A stretch of 64,000 nucleotides of DNA from an uncultured Thermoleophilia bacterium (GTDB taxonomy: Bacteria > Actinomycetota > Thermoleophilia > Gaiellales > Gaiellaceae). The position numbers and the translations under genes are program-made. The stretch spans positions 3,077 through 67,076 of the forward strand of contig CAVWVD010000009.1 in the NCBI GenBank assembly GCA_963758345.1, read 5' to 3'. Positions 54,087 through 63,497 of this stretch are shown here, piece after piece. Below the pieces are notes generated by a model. The model ran no database searches, was not told the DNA's origin, and saw nothing but the letters and a program-made list of their open reading frames with translations. The number at the start of each line of letters is the position of its first letter. The stretch's first letter is position 1.

Positions 54087-55271
54087 TCAGACGCCCGCCG
54101 AGGGGTACGGGAACCCGTTCGGAGGCGGGGCGTCCTTGACGTGCTTTCGGATCGCGGCGTCGCAGACCGCGTAGCCCCAGTTCATGAGCCGCTGCTGCGT
54201 CAGCAGTGGCATCCTCGAGAACCTGGTCCCGAGGTTCGCGAGACGAATCGTCTCGTCGAACGGCGCGGGGAGCGAGCCGTCGGCTCCGTATTTCGTGATG
54301 TCGGTCCGGATCCCCCAGTACGCACCGTCGCGGATCTTGGCGATGTACGACTCGACCGCCTGGCGCTTGCGGAGGCTGCGGACCTGGTTGTCGGTCACGT
54401 CGAGCACGCGGAGCAGCTGCAGCGGCCAGAGGCTCCGGGGCCGCGGTTCCGGCCCCATGAGGCCGCCGCCGTCGCTGATGAGGATGGTGCGGTACTCCTT
54501 CCAGGCGGTTTCGAGGCCGAGGTTGTCGTAGATGCCTCCATCCGACAGGACCATCCTCGTCGTGTAGGGCGGGACCTCCAGGTTCGGCTGCTCGCCGCCG
54601 TCGTCCGAGCCACTGCCGGGGACGTGGGCGTGCGGGGGCACGTCGAGCCGCAGGGGGCCGAGCGTCGGCGGGAACGCCGCCGACGCCGCGACGACGACGG
54701 CGAGCTCGAAGGTAGGTTCCTCGACCTTCCCGACGCGGTAATCCCAGGCGTACTCCTTCGAGAAGCGCATCAGGACGCCCGATTGCAGGTTCGTTGCGTT
54801 GAAGACGAAGGACGGGGCGTCGGGGAGGTCCTGGAGCGTGGCCCCGGCGAATAGATGCTTGCGATAGGCGGCCGCAGCGCGCCTGGCGGGGCCGCCCGGC
54901 AGGATCAGGCCGAGCAGGATGGCCGGAATGTCGATCGTCTTTCCGGCGAGTCGCTGCAACGGCTCGACCACGAGGCTCTCGAAGTTGGTCGCCGCGTGGG
55001 TCTCGTCGTCGAAGGTGAGCTGCCGCCAGGCGCTGCCGAGCACGCCGGCGGTGATCGAGCCGCCAGAGACGCTGGAGACACGATCGAGCTGGCGCAGCCA
55101 GCCGAGCTCGTTGAGCCTGCGGAGCGCTCCGGTGTGAAAGAGCATCGCGCGGTAGCCTCCGCCGGAGAGACAGAGCGCGATCCCAGTCGTCGGCTGGGGT
55201 GCCGTCGGGGGCCCTACGTCGACGACGGGAGACGCCGCTCGCGCCGCCGCTGTGCCGGCAGGCATGTCCAT
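54087..55271 (-). CDS. Patatin-like phospholipase
   Basis: ORF 54087..55271 has LSGGGYRA (oxyanion hole), VSGGS (GxSxG) and SDGGIYDNLG (catalytic Asp). Confidence 0.9.
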   Translation of the reverse strand: MDMPAGTAAARAASPVVDVGPPTAPQPTTGIALCLSGGGYRAMLFHTGALRRLNELGWLRQLDRVSSVSGGSITAGVLGSAWRQLTFDDETHAATNFESLVVEPLQRLAGKTIDIPAILLGLILPGGPARRAAAAYRKHLFAGATLQDLPDAPSFVFNATNLQSGVLMRFSKEYAWDYRVGKVEEPTFELAVVVAASAAFPPTLGPLRLDVPPHAHVPGSGSDDGGEQPNLEVPPYTTRMVLSDGGIYDNLGLETAWKEYRTILISDGGGLMGPEPRPRSLWPLQLLRVLDVTDNQVRSLRKRQAVESYIAKIRDGAYWGIRTDITKYGADGSLPAPFDETIRLANLGTRFSRMPLLTQQRLMNWGYAVCDAAIRKHVKDAPPPNGFPYPSAGV

Positions 55272-55353
55272 CGCGCCGCGAGTGTCCGGCGTTTCCGGGG
55301 AGATTGCAACACCCGGGCCCTACCGGGCCCGCACACGTCAGGATCCTCCGGTC

Positions 55354-56130
55354 ATGGCCAGCTCCTTCTACGAGTTGCTGGGCGACGGCCGCTACCGCTC
55401 GACCGAGCACACCGTCGGCCCGTGGGACGAGCGCTCCCAGCACGGCGGCCCGCCCGCCGCGCTGCTCGCCCGGGCGCTGGCGGCCGAGTCGCCGTCGTGG
55501 CCGGCGGCGTTCGTGCGCTTCACGTTCGACATCCTCAGCCCGGTGCCCGTCGCGGAGCTGACCGTGCGCAGCCGCGTCCTGCGGCCGGGGCGCAGCGTCG
55601 AGCTCGTGGAGGCGGAGCTCGAGGCTGGCGAGCGGGTCGTCATGCGCGCGCAGGCGTGGCGGGTGCGCGAGGCCGAGCTCGAGCTGCCGGCGCTTCCGCC
55701 GGACGGCGAGGCAGTGCCCGCCTTCCCGGACGCGTCGTCGGCATGGCCGCGCTCGCCCGGCGGCTACCTGAACGCGATGGAGTGGCGCTACGTCGCGGGC
55801 GAGCCCGCGCTGCCCGGGCCGGCGACCGTCTGGGGTCGTATGCGGTACCCGCTCCTTCCTGGCGAGAAGGTGACGGGCCTGCAGCGGATGCTGATCCTCG
55901 CGGACTCCGGCAACGGCGTCTCGAGCGTCCTGCCGTGGACCGAGTGGCTCTTCATCAACCCGGAGCTGACCGTCCACGTCGCCGCCGTGCCCGCAGGCGA
56001 GTGGATCTGCCTGGACGCGCAGAGCCGCGTCGACAGCCGCGGCTTCGGGCTCGCCGCGTCGCGGCTCTTCGACCGCGAACGCCTGGTCGGCCGCGGCGCG
56101 CAGTCGCTGTACATCGGGCCGCGCTCGTGA
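55354..56130 (+). CDS. Acyl-CoA thioesterase-like (double hotdog) protein
   Basis: ORF 55252..56130 from ATG 55354: MASSFYELLGDGRYRSTEHTVGPWDERSQHGGPPAALL. Confidence 0.7.
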   Translation: MASSFYELLGDGRYRSTEHTVGPWDERSQHGGPPAALLARALAAESPSWPAAFVRFTFDILSPVPVAELTVRSRVLRPGRSVELVEAELEAGERVVMRAQAWRVREAELELPALPPDGEAVPAFPDASSAWPRSPGGYLNAMEWRYVAGEPALPGPATVWGRMRYPLLPGEKVTGLQRMLILADSGNGVSSVLPWTEWLFINPELTVHVAAVPAGEWICLDAQSRVDSRGFGLAASRLFDRERLVGRGAQSLYIGPRS

Positions 56131-56870
56131 GCGTCCGCTCCGAGCGGGCCGGCCCGGTGACCACGGTTGTGATCGACCGGCCGGAGGCGCGGAACGCCGT
56201 CGACCGCGAGACGGCCGCGGCGCTCGCGGACGCGTTCCGCGAGTTCGACGCCGACCCGGACGCGGCGGTCGCCGTCCTCTGGGGCGCGGGCGGGACGTTC
56301 TGCGCCGGCGCCGACCTGAAGCGGATGGACAACCGCGTCGAGCCCGACGGCGACGGCCCGATGGGACCGTCGCGGCTCGTGCTGTCGAAGCCGGTGATCG
56401 CGGCCGTCGCGGGTCACGCGGTGGCGGGCGGGCTCGAGCTGGCCTGCTGGTGCGACCTGCGCGTCGTCGAGGAGGACGCCGTGCTCGGCGTCTTCTGCCG
56501 CCGCTTCGGCGTGCCGCTGATCGACGGCGGCACCGTGCGCCTGCCGCTGATCGTCGGGCTCGGCCGCGCGCTCGACCTGATCCTCACCGGCCGCGCCGTC
56601 GGGGCCGAGGAGGCGCTGCGGATCGGCCTCGCCGACCGCGTCGTCCCGCGCGGCGCGTCGCGCGCCGCCGCCGAGGAGCTCGGCCGCCAGCTGGCCGAGT
56701 TCCCTCAGCCGACCATGCGCGCGGACCGGCTCTCGGTCTACGGCGGGCTCGGCCTTCCGGTGGGCGACGCGCTGGCGCAGGAGCTCGAGCGCGGCGCACA
56801 GGTGCTCGAGGAGGCGCGCCGCGGCGCCGAGCGCTTCGCCCGCGGCCACGGCCGGCACGGCGCGTTCTAG
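56127..56870 (+). CDS. Enoyl-CoA hydratase/isomerase (crotonase) family protein
   Basis: GTGA overlap with the upstream gene. Motifs are VVIDRPEARNAVD, FCAGADLK and AVAGHAVAGGLELACWCDLRV. Confidence 0.9.
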   Translation: MSVRSERAGPVTTVVIDRPEARNAVDRETAAALADAFREFDADPDAAVAVLWGAGGTFCAGADLKRMDNRVEPDGDGPMGPSRLVLSKPVIAAVAGHAVAGGLELACWCDLRVVEEDAVLGVFCRRFGVPLIDGGTVRLPLIVGLGRALDLILTGRAVGAEEALRIGLADRVVPRGASRAAAEELGRQLAEFPQPTMRADRLSVYGGLGLPVGDALAQELERGAQVLEEARRGAERFARGHGRHGAF

Positions 56871-56875
56871 GCGGA

Positions 56876-56907
56876 TCGCGGGCCCGGCCGAGCAGCCGGG
56901 CCCGCGA
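56876..56907. terminator. Bidirectional GC hairpin between convergent genes
   Basis: TCGCGGGCCCGGC, loop CGAGCA, then GCCGGGCCCGCGA. The 13-bp stem is perfect. Confidence 0.55.
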
Positions 56908-56914
56908 CACGCGT

Positions 56915-58036
56915 TCAGTCGAGGGCGAATAGCAGGAACTGCGTGAACTGGCTCGCCGCGAAGTTGTTGTCGCTGACGAGCACCAGGGACCGCCGCCCGT
57001 CCGGCAGGCGCGGGCCGAGCGTCATGCCTTCGATGTTGTCGAGCGGGATCCCGAGCGTGTCGAGGTTCAGGAGCAGCGTCTTCCGCACGGGCCGGATGCT
57101 GCCGAGCTCGCCCAGGATGCTGTCGGCGCCGTTCACGTCGTCCGCGCCGGCGAACGCGTCGAAGTAGAGCTTGATCGTGTTCCCCGTCCCGGGGACGCCG
57201 ACCGAGAACGACCGCTCCATCGAGAGCATGAACTCGTCGTTGAAGGGCAGCAGCTCCACGAGGCCGCTGACTGCGAACTGCGTCGGCGGAACCGGCGCCT
57301 GGGCGATCGGGTCGGTGAAGTAGACGAACTGCCGCTCCAGGCGTCCCGACGCGAGGTTGTAGCGCAGGATGCGCGAGGCGCTGCCGTTCGTGACCGTCGC
57401 GGCGGGGCCGTCCTGCGCGAGCGCGCCCTCCATCCCGACGAACAGGTGCCGGCCGTCGGGGGCGACGGCGGCGGCCTCGAACGCGAGGTTCTGCCGCACG
57501 CCGTGCGTGGGACTGGTCGGCTGGAAGGCCTGCGGCACCGGCAGGTCGCCGAGGAAGGTGCCGTCGAGCGCGTACCGGCGCACCCACGGCGCGATTCCCT
57601 GGGCGGCGATCCCCTCCGACGTGACGATCAGCTCGCCGTGCTTCGCCAGTGTCAGGCCCTCCGGATCGAGGCTGAACGGCGCGTACGGATGGCCGTCGGG
57701 CGCGAGCAGCGTCGTGACGCCGGTGAAGTGGACGTCACCGCTGCCGAGGTTCCCGTCCGAGAGGTCGAGGCGAACGGTGTAGAAGCGCGCCGGATTGAAC
57801 TGGCTCGGGTCGTCCGAGAGGACGTAGTAGTCGCCGTGCCGCGCGTCGTACGTGATGCTCGACAGTCCGCCGACGGTCGTTTCCGCAAAGGTCGTGCCCG
57901 TCGGGACGATCGCCTGTCCGAGGAACTGCAGGCTCGGCGGCTTTGCCCTGCCGCTCCACGTCGTCCCGGCGGCGACGGTCGCGGCGAGCGCCAGAGCGGC
58001 CGTGACCGCGATCAGCGACGCAAGAAGTCTGCGCAT
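56915..58036 (-). CDS. Secreted esterase-like activity of phytase family protein
   Basis: ORF 56915..58036 has the signal MRRLLASLIAVTAALALAATVAA and GGLSSITYDARHGDYYVLSDD. The family name is from memory (PF13449-like). Confidence 0.65.
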   Translation of the reverse strand: MRRLLASLIAVTAALALAATVAAGTTWSGRAKPPSLQFLGQAIVPTGTTFAETTVGGLSSITYDARHGDYYVLSDDPSQFNPARFYTVRLDLSDGNLGSGDVHFTGVTTLLAPDGHPYAPFSLDPEGLTLAKHGELIVTSEGIAAQGIAPWVRRYALDGTFLGDLPVPQAFQPTSPTHGVRQNLAFEAAAVAPDGRHLFVGMEGALAQDGPAATVTNGSASRILRYNLASGRLERQFVYFTDPIAQAPVPPTQFAVSGLVELLPFNDEFMLSMERSFSVGVPGTGNTIKLYFDAFAGADDVNGADSILGELGSIRPVRKTLLLNLDTLGIPLDNIEGMTLGPRLPDGRRSLVLVSDNNFAASQFTQFLLFALD

Positions 58037-58114
58037 ATCACCCTCCGATCTCTTGTCGGTTGGGATGCCTACCCGCGAGTGGGAAAACCTAGCCTCGAAC
58101 CGGCCGGGTAGTTG

Positions 58115-58717
58115 TCAGGCGGCGAGCTGCGCGAACGCCCGGCGGAAGACGTCGAGCGGCTGGGCGCCGAGCACGAGCAGGCGGCTGTCGAGGACGAACG
58201 CCGGGATCGCGTGGATCCCGGCCGACGTCGCCTGGCGCGTCGAGCCCTCCACGGTGTCGAGATACGCGGACGGGGTCGCGATGACGTGCTCGACGTCCCC
58301 CGCTCCGAGCCCGGCCTCGGCGGCCAGGCGGCGCAGCTCGTCCGGGTCGCCGATGTTCACCGCCTCCGCCCAGTAGGCGTCCATGAGCCGGTCGTGGAAC
58401 GGCCCGTGCAGGCCGCGCTCCCGCGCCAGCTCGGTCATCCGCAGCGCGAGCCGCGTGTTCGGCACGACGTCGGACCGGTTGTACTCGAGCCCGGCGCCGG
58501 CGAAGCGGTCGTGCAGCGGGTCGCGGCCCTCGATGCCGTACCGGCGGTGCAGCTCCGCGAGCGGGATGCCCTCCGGCGGGTACTCGGGGTGCAGGTCGAA
58601 CGGGAGCCAGGCCACGTCGGCGTCGAACTCGCGCCGCGCCTGCTCGGCCGTCACCTGGCCGAGCCGGCAGAACGGTCAGATGTAGTCGCTCCAGATGACG
58701 ATCGAGTGCTCGGCCAC
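58115..58717 (-). CDS. DsbA/FrnE-like thiol oxidoreductase with an in-frame TGA at the first redox-motif Cys; candidate selenoprotein, alternatively a nonsense pseudogene
   Basis: GTG 58717 reads VAEHSIVIWSDYI-TGA(58676..58678)-PFCRLGQVTAEQARREFDADVAWLPFDLHPEYPPEG... and continues as track ORF 58115..58654. This matches the family pattern ...IWSD..CP.C..G. Confidence 0.6.
58637..58669 (-). promoter_or_regulatory. SECIS-like hairpin downstream of the in-frame UGA
   Basis: The mRNA sequence is UGCCGGCUCGGCC-AGGUGAC-GGCCGAGCAGGCG. It has 13 stem positions with one G.A mismatch, and a 7-nt loop containing GGU that starts 19 nt after the UGA. Confidence 0.45.
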
Positions 58718-58759
58718 AGTGCATCATGACCACCTCGCAACCAGCGCGGAGGTGGGATC

Positions 58760-59732
58760 ATGAACGCGTTCGAGAGTCTCTATCTCGGCACGGAGGGCGT
58801 CGTCCCATCGCTCGACGGCGCCACGACGTGGCTCAACTCCGAGCCGCTGACGCCAGAGGCGCTGCGCGGCCGCGTCGTCGCCTTCGACTTCTGCACGTAC
58901 ACCTGCATCAACTGGCTCCGCACGCTCCCGTACGTGCGCGCATGGAGCGAGAAGTACGGCTCGCAGGGCTTCGTGGTCGTCGGCGTCCACACGCCCGAGT
59001 TCCCGTTCGAGCACGAGCTCGACTACATCCGCCCGCAGCTCGCACGCCGCGGCATCGCCTACCCGGTCGCGGTCGACAACGACTACGGCGTCTGGCAGGC
59101 GTTCGCCAACCAGTACTGGCCGGCCCTCTACCTCGCCGACGCCGACGGCGAGATTCGCTACCACCACTTCGGCGAGGGCGCGTACGAGGACTCCGAGCGG
59201 GCGATCCAGCGCCTGCTCGGCGTCGAGGACGAGCTGGTGGACGTCGAGCCGAGCGGCGACGAGGTGCCCGCCGTCTGGGAGGACGTGCGGTCGCCGGAGA
59301 CGTACCTCGGCTACGAGCGAGCCGGCAACCTCGCGTCCCCGGGCGGCGCGACGCTCGAGAGCCGGGCGTACGCGCTGCCGCCGCGGCTCGAGCTCAACCA
59401 GTGGGCCCTGTCCGGCCGGTGGACGCTCGCAGCAGGGCCACGTCTCCCTCGACGAGGCCGGCGGCCGGCTCGCGTTCCGTTTCCACGCGCGTGACGTGAA
59501 CCTGGTCATGGGCTCGGGCGAGCCCGGACGGGACGTCGCCTTCCGTGTCACGATCGACGGCGAGCAGCCCGGCGCGTCGCACGGCGTGGACGCCGACGAG
59601 GGCGGCAACGGGACCGTGCGCGAGCCGCGCATGTACCAGCTCGTCCGTTGGTCGGGCGCGGTCGAGGAGCGCACGTTCGAGATCGAGCTCGCCGACGCGA
59701 GGCCGGCCGCGTACTGCTTCACGTTCGGCTAA
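58760..59732 (+). CDS. Thioredoxin-fold (DipZ C-terminal-like) protein, one frameshift near 59430
   Basis: ORF 58760..59494 has FCTYTCINWLRTLPYVRAW, VVGVHTPEFPFE and NQYWPALYLAD. After ...GRWTLA the frame fails and ORF 59496..59732 continues as QQGHVSLDEAGGRLAFRFHARDVNLVMG...AAYCFTFG. Confidence 0.75.
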
Positions 59733-59751
59733 AGGCCGGTAGCGTTGACCC

Positions 59752-60078
59752 GTGGACGACGATCGCGCCCGCCAGCTGCTGAGCGCCGAGCGCACCCGGC
59801 TCGAGCTCGCGCTTGCTGGGCTCGCGCCCGTGGACACGGGCGAGGAGGCGGACGACCAGGACCCGGCCAATCTGGCCTCGGAGCTCGCGCAGCAGGAGCT
59901 CGACGAGGGCCTCTCCGACCAGCTCCGCGCCGAGCTCGAGGCGATCGAGCGCGCCGAGGCGAGGCTGGCCGCCGGCACGTACGGGCTCTCGGTCGAGAGC
60001 GGCGAGCCGATCCCGGACGACCGGCTCGAGGCGTTCCCGGCGGCCGAGCGAACCGTCGAGGAAGAGTCCCGCCGCTAG
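59752..60078 (+). CDS. DksA/TraR-like protein lacking the zinc-finger cysteines
   Basis: ORF 59752..60078 has a coiled-coil N-terminus. GTYGLSVESGEPIPDDRLEAFPAAERTVEE aligns with the G.YG.C..CG..I...RL.A.P.A..C pattern, but every Cys is replaced. Confidence 0.65.
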   Translation: MDDDRARQLLSAERTRLELALAGLAPVDTGEEADDQDPANLASELAQQELDEGLSDQLRAELEAIERAEARLAAGTYGLSVESGEPIPDDRLEAFPAAERTVEEESRR

Positions 60079-60187
60079 CCCGGTGCGCCTGGCGTCTCAG
60101 GGCGCGCAGGAGTAGAAGTGCCCCTGAATGGACGACGTCGTGCAGATGCAGCAGGACGAGATCGGCCTGATCTCCTGAGGGGCATGG

Positions 60188-60685
60188 ATGCCGCCTGGAA
60201 GCGCGGGCCTGACTAAGTCCGTTCGCGCACACCCGCGCAACACGGTGCCGTGGCTGCTGGCGGTGCCGGCGGTCCTGGCGCTGCTGCTCTTCCACTTCCT
60301 GCCGATCGGCGTCGGCGCCTACTTCGCCTTCACCGACTGGGACGGGCTCTCCCATGCGAACTGGGTCGGCCTGCAGAACTTCCGCGGCATCGCCCACGAC
60401 GCGACGGCGCGCCACGCGCTCTCGCACACGCTCGAGCTCGCGTTCTGCTTCGTCGTCCTCGAGGGGGAGCGGCTGCGCGGCCGTGCCCCCTCGGTCGAGC
60501 TGCTCGGGGCGGAGCAGCTCGTCCACGTCGAGCTGCCAGTGACGCTCGCGGAACGGCAGGACGGGCTCGTGACCGCACGCTTCGACGCGCAGACCCGGGT
60601 GGCTCCCGGCGACCTCGTCGAGCTGTCCGTCAACACCCCGCGCCTGCGCTTCTTCGACCTGGCCACCGGTCGCGCCATCTCTTGA
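60188..60685 (+). pseudogene. Chimeric remnant: N-terminus of a sugar ABC permease fused in frame to the C-terminus of a MalK/UgpC-like ATPase
   Basis: Residues 1..~90 (PWLLAVPAVLALLLFHFLPIGVGAYFAFTDWDGLSHANWVGLQNF) are MalF/UgpA-like. The rest (VELLGAEQLVHVELP...LVTARFDAQTRVAPGDLVELSVNTPRLRFFDLATGRAI) is the regulatory domain of the ATPase. Confidence 0.6.
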
Positions 60686-61452
60686 TCCCGCTCGGCGACC
60701 TGGGCGGCCTCGAGTTCCGGCCGGCAACGTTTGCCGCGCTCGCGGTTGCCGTCGTCGCGGCGTACTTCCTCAAGGGCTTCAGCGGGTTCGGCCCGGCGCT
60801 GATCTTCATGCCGGTCGCGTCCGTCGTCTACGGGCCGCGACTGGCGCTCGCGACCTCTGCCGTCGTCGACATCGTGGTCGGGGCCGGGTTCCTGCTCGCG
60901 CTCCACTACAGCAGCGAGGAGAAGCGGATGGTCGCGCGCATGACCGCCTACGTCGCGGCGGGCGCGGTTGCCGGCGCGAGCCTCGCCGGCGTGCTGCCGA
61001 CGGATGTCCTGCTCGCGCTGATCGCGATCGTCGTGTTCGTCCTCGGCGTGCGCCTATGGCTGGCGGCGGGGCGGCAGGTGGCCGCCGGCCTCGTCGCCCG
61101 CCGCTCGACCGCGATCGCGTGCATCGCGGGCGGCGTCTCCGGCGGCCTGACCGGGATCAGCGGGCCCTTCGTCGTGGCGGGCGCCGCGCAGCTGGACAAG
61201 GGCGCGTTCCGGCGGATCCTCGTCGCCGTGTTCCTGGTGGAGAGCATCGTGAAGACGGTCGTCTACGGCCTGACCGGGATTCCGTTCGGCGAGGTCCTGG
61301 CGCTGTCGCTGGCGATCGCGCCGTTCATCGCGGTCGGGCTCGCGCTGGGCGCCGTGGCCCACTTCCACGTGAGCCAGCGGCGGTTCTTCCAGGTGACGGG
61401 CGCGGTGCTGGTCGCGCTGGCGCTCGAGACCGTGGTCGCGCTCCAACGCTGA
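60682..61452 (+). CDS. Sulfite exporter TauE/SafE family membrane protein
   Basis: Frame of ORF 60250..61452 from TTG 60682 (TTGA overlap). It has FLKGFSGFGPALIFMP and GGVSGGLTGISGP, and is multi-TM. Confidence 0.75.
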   Translation: MIPLGDLGGLEFRPATFAALAVAVVAAYFLKGFSGFGPALIFMPVASVVYGPRLALATSAVVDIVVGAGFLLALHYSSEEKRMVARMTAYVAAGAVAGASLAGVLPTDVLLALIAIVVFVLGVRLWLAAGRQVAAGLVARRSTAIACIAGGVSGGLTGISGPFVVAGAAQLDKGAFRRILVAVFLVESIVKTVVYGLTGIPFGEVLALSLAIAPFIAVGLALGAVAHFHVSQRRFFQVTGAVLVALALETVVALQR

Positions 61453-61457
61453 GCTCG

Positions 61458-62591
61458 TCAGCCCGCGAACCAGCGGGCGCGGCGGCTCGAGCCGAAGTGC
61501 TGCTTCTCGGCGACCAGGGCGGCCGACGGCTCTTGCAGCGTGCCGGTCGGCTTCGCCCCTGACAGGAAGTCGATGTCGACGCGCCCGACGCGGCCGGCGC
61601 CGAACTCGATGTAGCAGGAACCGAGACCGTCGTAGCCTGCCGGCCGCGGGCCTCCCTGCAGCCGCGCGATCAGCGTCTCGGCGACGACGCGCGCCTCCCG
61701 CTCGGAGAACACGCCCGCCTTCGGGACGCCGACGGTCGCGACGTCGCCGACCGCGTAGACGTCCGGGAACCGCGTCGCGAGCGTCCGCGAGTCGACGGGG
61801 ATGTAGCCGTTCTCGGCCATGCCGCTCTCGAGCACGACGCGCGGGGCGCGGTGCTTCGGCACGCCGAGGAAAAGGTCGTAGGGCACCTCCTCGCCGCCTT
61901 CGAGCACGGCGACGCTGCGACCTGGGTCGAGCGAGGCGACGCGCCGGCCGGGGACGAACTCGATGCCGCGTTCGGCGAACGCCTCGAGGAGTGCCGCCGA
62001 GGTGTCGGGCGACGGTGGAATGGGCGTGCCGAACGGCATGACGAGCGAGATCTCGCAGTCAGAGCGGATGCCGCGCTCGTTCAGGTAGTCGTGCAGAAGG
62101 AGCGCGGCCTCGCTCGGCGCCGGCGGGCACTTGAACGGCGCCCCGCAGACGCCGACGACCGCGCGGCCGCGGGTGAAGGCCGGCAGCACCTCCCGGACAC
62201 GCTCGGCGCCGGCGACCGAGTAGAACTCCGTCCCGGCCTCGGCAAGCCCGGGCGTCGCGTCGAAGTCGTAGTCCGCGCCGAGCGCGACGACCAGGATGTC
62301 GGCGTCGTGCACGCCGCGGTCCGTGGTCACGCGCCGCGCGTCCGGGTCGATCGCGGTCACCGTCTCCCGCAGGAAGCGCACCCCTGGCTTGGCGAAGTCT
62401 GCGTAGTTGAGCCGCACCGCGGCGGGCGCAGCCTTGCCGAACATCACGTCGAGCTTCGAGTAGCCGAAGACGAACGCGTCGCCCGCCTCGATCAGCGTGA
62501 CGCCGGCGTCCTCGCCGAGCGCCTCGGACAGCGTGGTCGCGAGCTCGAGGCCGCCGAAGCCGGCACCGAGGATGAGGATGCGTGCCTCCAC
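61458..62591 (-). CDS. NAD(P)/FAD-dependent oxidoreductase, SQR-like
   Basis: ORF 61458..62591 has RILILGAGFGGLE, FKCPPAPSE and AVGDVA. Confidence 0.8.
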   Translation of the reverse strand: MEARILILGAGFGGLELATTLSEALGEDAGVTLIEAGDAFVFGYSKLDVMFGKAAPAAVRLNYADFAKPGVRFLRETVTAIDPDARRVTTDRGVHDADILVVALGADYDFDATPGLAEAGTEFYSVAGAERVREVLPAFTRGRAVVGVCGAPFKCPPAPSEAALLLHDYLNERGIRSDCEISLVMPFGTPIPPSPDTSAALLEAFAERGIEFVPGRRVASLDPGRSVAVLEGGEEVPYDLFLGVPKHRAPRVVLESGMAENGYIPVDSRTLATRFPDVYAVGDVATVGVPKAGVFSEREARVVAETLIARLQGGPRPAGYDGLGSCYIEFGAGRVGRVDIDFLSGAKPTGTLQEPSAALVAEKQHFGSSRRARWFAG

Positions 62592-62654
62592 GGGCCGACC
62601 CTACGCGCAGGAAGCCGGTCCCACCGGCCGCCCGTCGAGGCCTAGACTCGTGCC

Positions 62655-63497
62655 GTGGCGCCGGCGCTCCTGGTCACCGACGTCGCGAAGCGCTACGGCC
62701 GCCTGGAGGCACTGAAGGGGGTCGCGCTCGAGGTCGCTCCGGGTGAGCTGATGGGCCTGCTCGGCCCGAACGGCGCGGGCAAGTCGACGCTCGTGAAGAT
62801 CGCGTGCGGGCTGATCAGGGCGTCGCGCGGGCGCGTGGAGATCTGCGGCGCGCCGGCCGGCTCGCCACCCGCGCGCGCGTCGCTCGGCTACCTGGCCGAG
62901 CTCTTCCGCTTCCCCGGCTGGTTCTCCGCCGACGAGGTGCTGCGGCTCCACCAGCGGCTCGCCTCCTCGACGGGCGGCGAGGCCGAGCGCACCCGCCTGC
63001 TCGAGCTCGTCGGCCTGCTCGACGCGCGCGCCGTGCCCGTCGACCAGATGTCGAAGGGCATGCAGCAGCGGCTCGGGATCGCGCAGGCGCTGATCGGCTC
63101 GCCGCCACTGCTCCTGCTGGACGAGCCCACGAGCGCCCTCGACCCGGCGGGGCGGCGCACCGTTCGCGGGCTGCTCGAGCAGCTGCGCGAGCAGGGGATC
63201 GCCGTGCTGCTGAACTCGCATCTGCTCGGCGAGATCGAGCTCGTGTGCGACCGGGTCACGATCATCTCGCACGGCGAGGTGGTCGCCGCGGGCACCCCGG
63301 CCGAGCTGTCGCGGCCGCGCGGTGTGGAGATCGAGACGGAGGGCGGCGTCGTGCGCTACCCGGAGGCGTCCAGGGACGACACGCCCGGCCTGGTCGAATC
63401 GCTCGTGCGCGACGGCAAACGCGTCTACGGCGTCCGCGTCGTTGCCACGACGCTGGAGGAGGCGTACCTCGAGGCCGTCGGCGGGGACGAGGCGTGA
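62655..63497 (+). CDS. ABC transporter ATP-binding protein
   Basis: ORF 62655..63497 has GLLGPNGAGKST, MSKGMQQRL and LLLLDEPTSALD. Confidence 0.9.
   Translation: MAPALLVTDVAKRYGRLEALKGVALEVAPGELMGLLGPNGAGKSTLVKIACGLIRASRGRVEICGAPAGSPPARASLGYLAELFRFPGWFSADEVLRLHQRLASSTGGEAERTRLLELVGLLDARAVPVDQMSKGMQQRLGIAQALIGSPPLLLLDEPTSALDPAGRRTVRGLLEQLREQGIAVLLNSHLLGEIELVCDRVTIISHGEVVAAGTPAELSRPRGVEIETEGGVVRYPEASRDDTPGLVESLVRDGKRVYGVRVVATTLEEAYLEAVGGDEA

Noticed and set aside
54087-55271. Patatin-like phospholipase as the effector of a defence system (CBASS-like).
   Set aside because: There is no cyclase, E1/E2, sensor or other defence partner adjacent. The neighbours are lipid and CoA metabolism genes.
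58760-58950. CINW in place of the CINC redox motif of the DipZ-like thioredoxin, considered as another recoding site.
   Set aside because: The codon is TGG, not TGA. A nearby CTYTC arrangement suggests a natural variant, with no stop codon involved.
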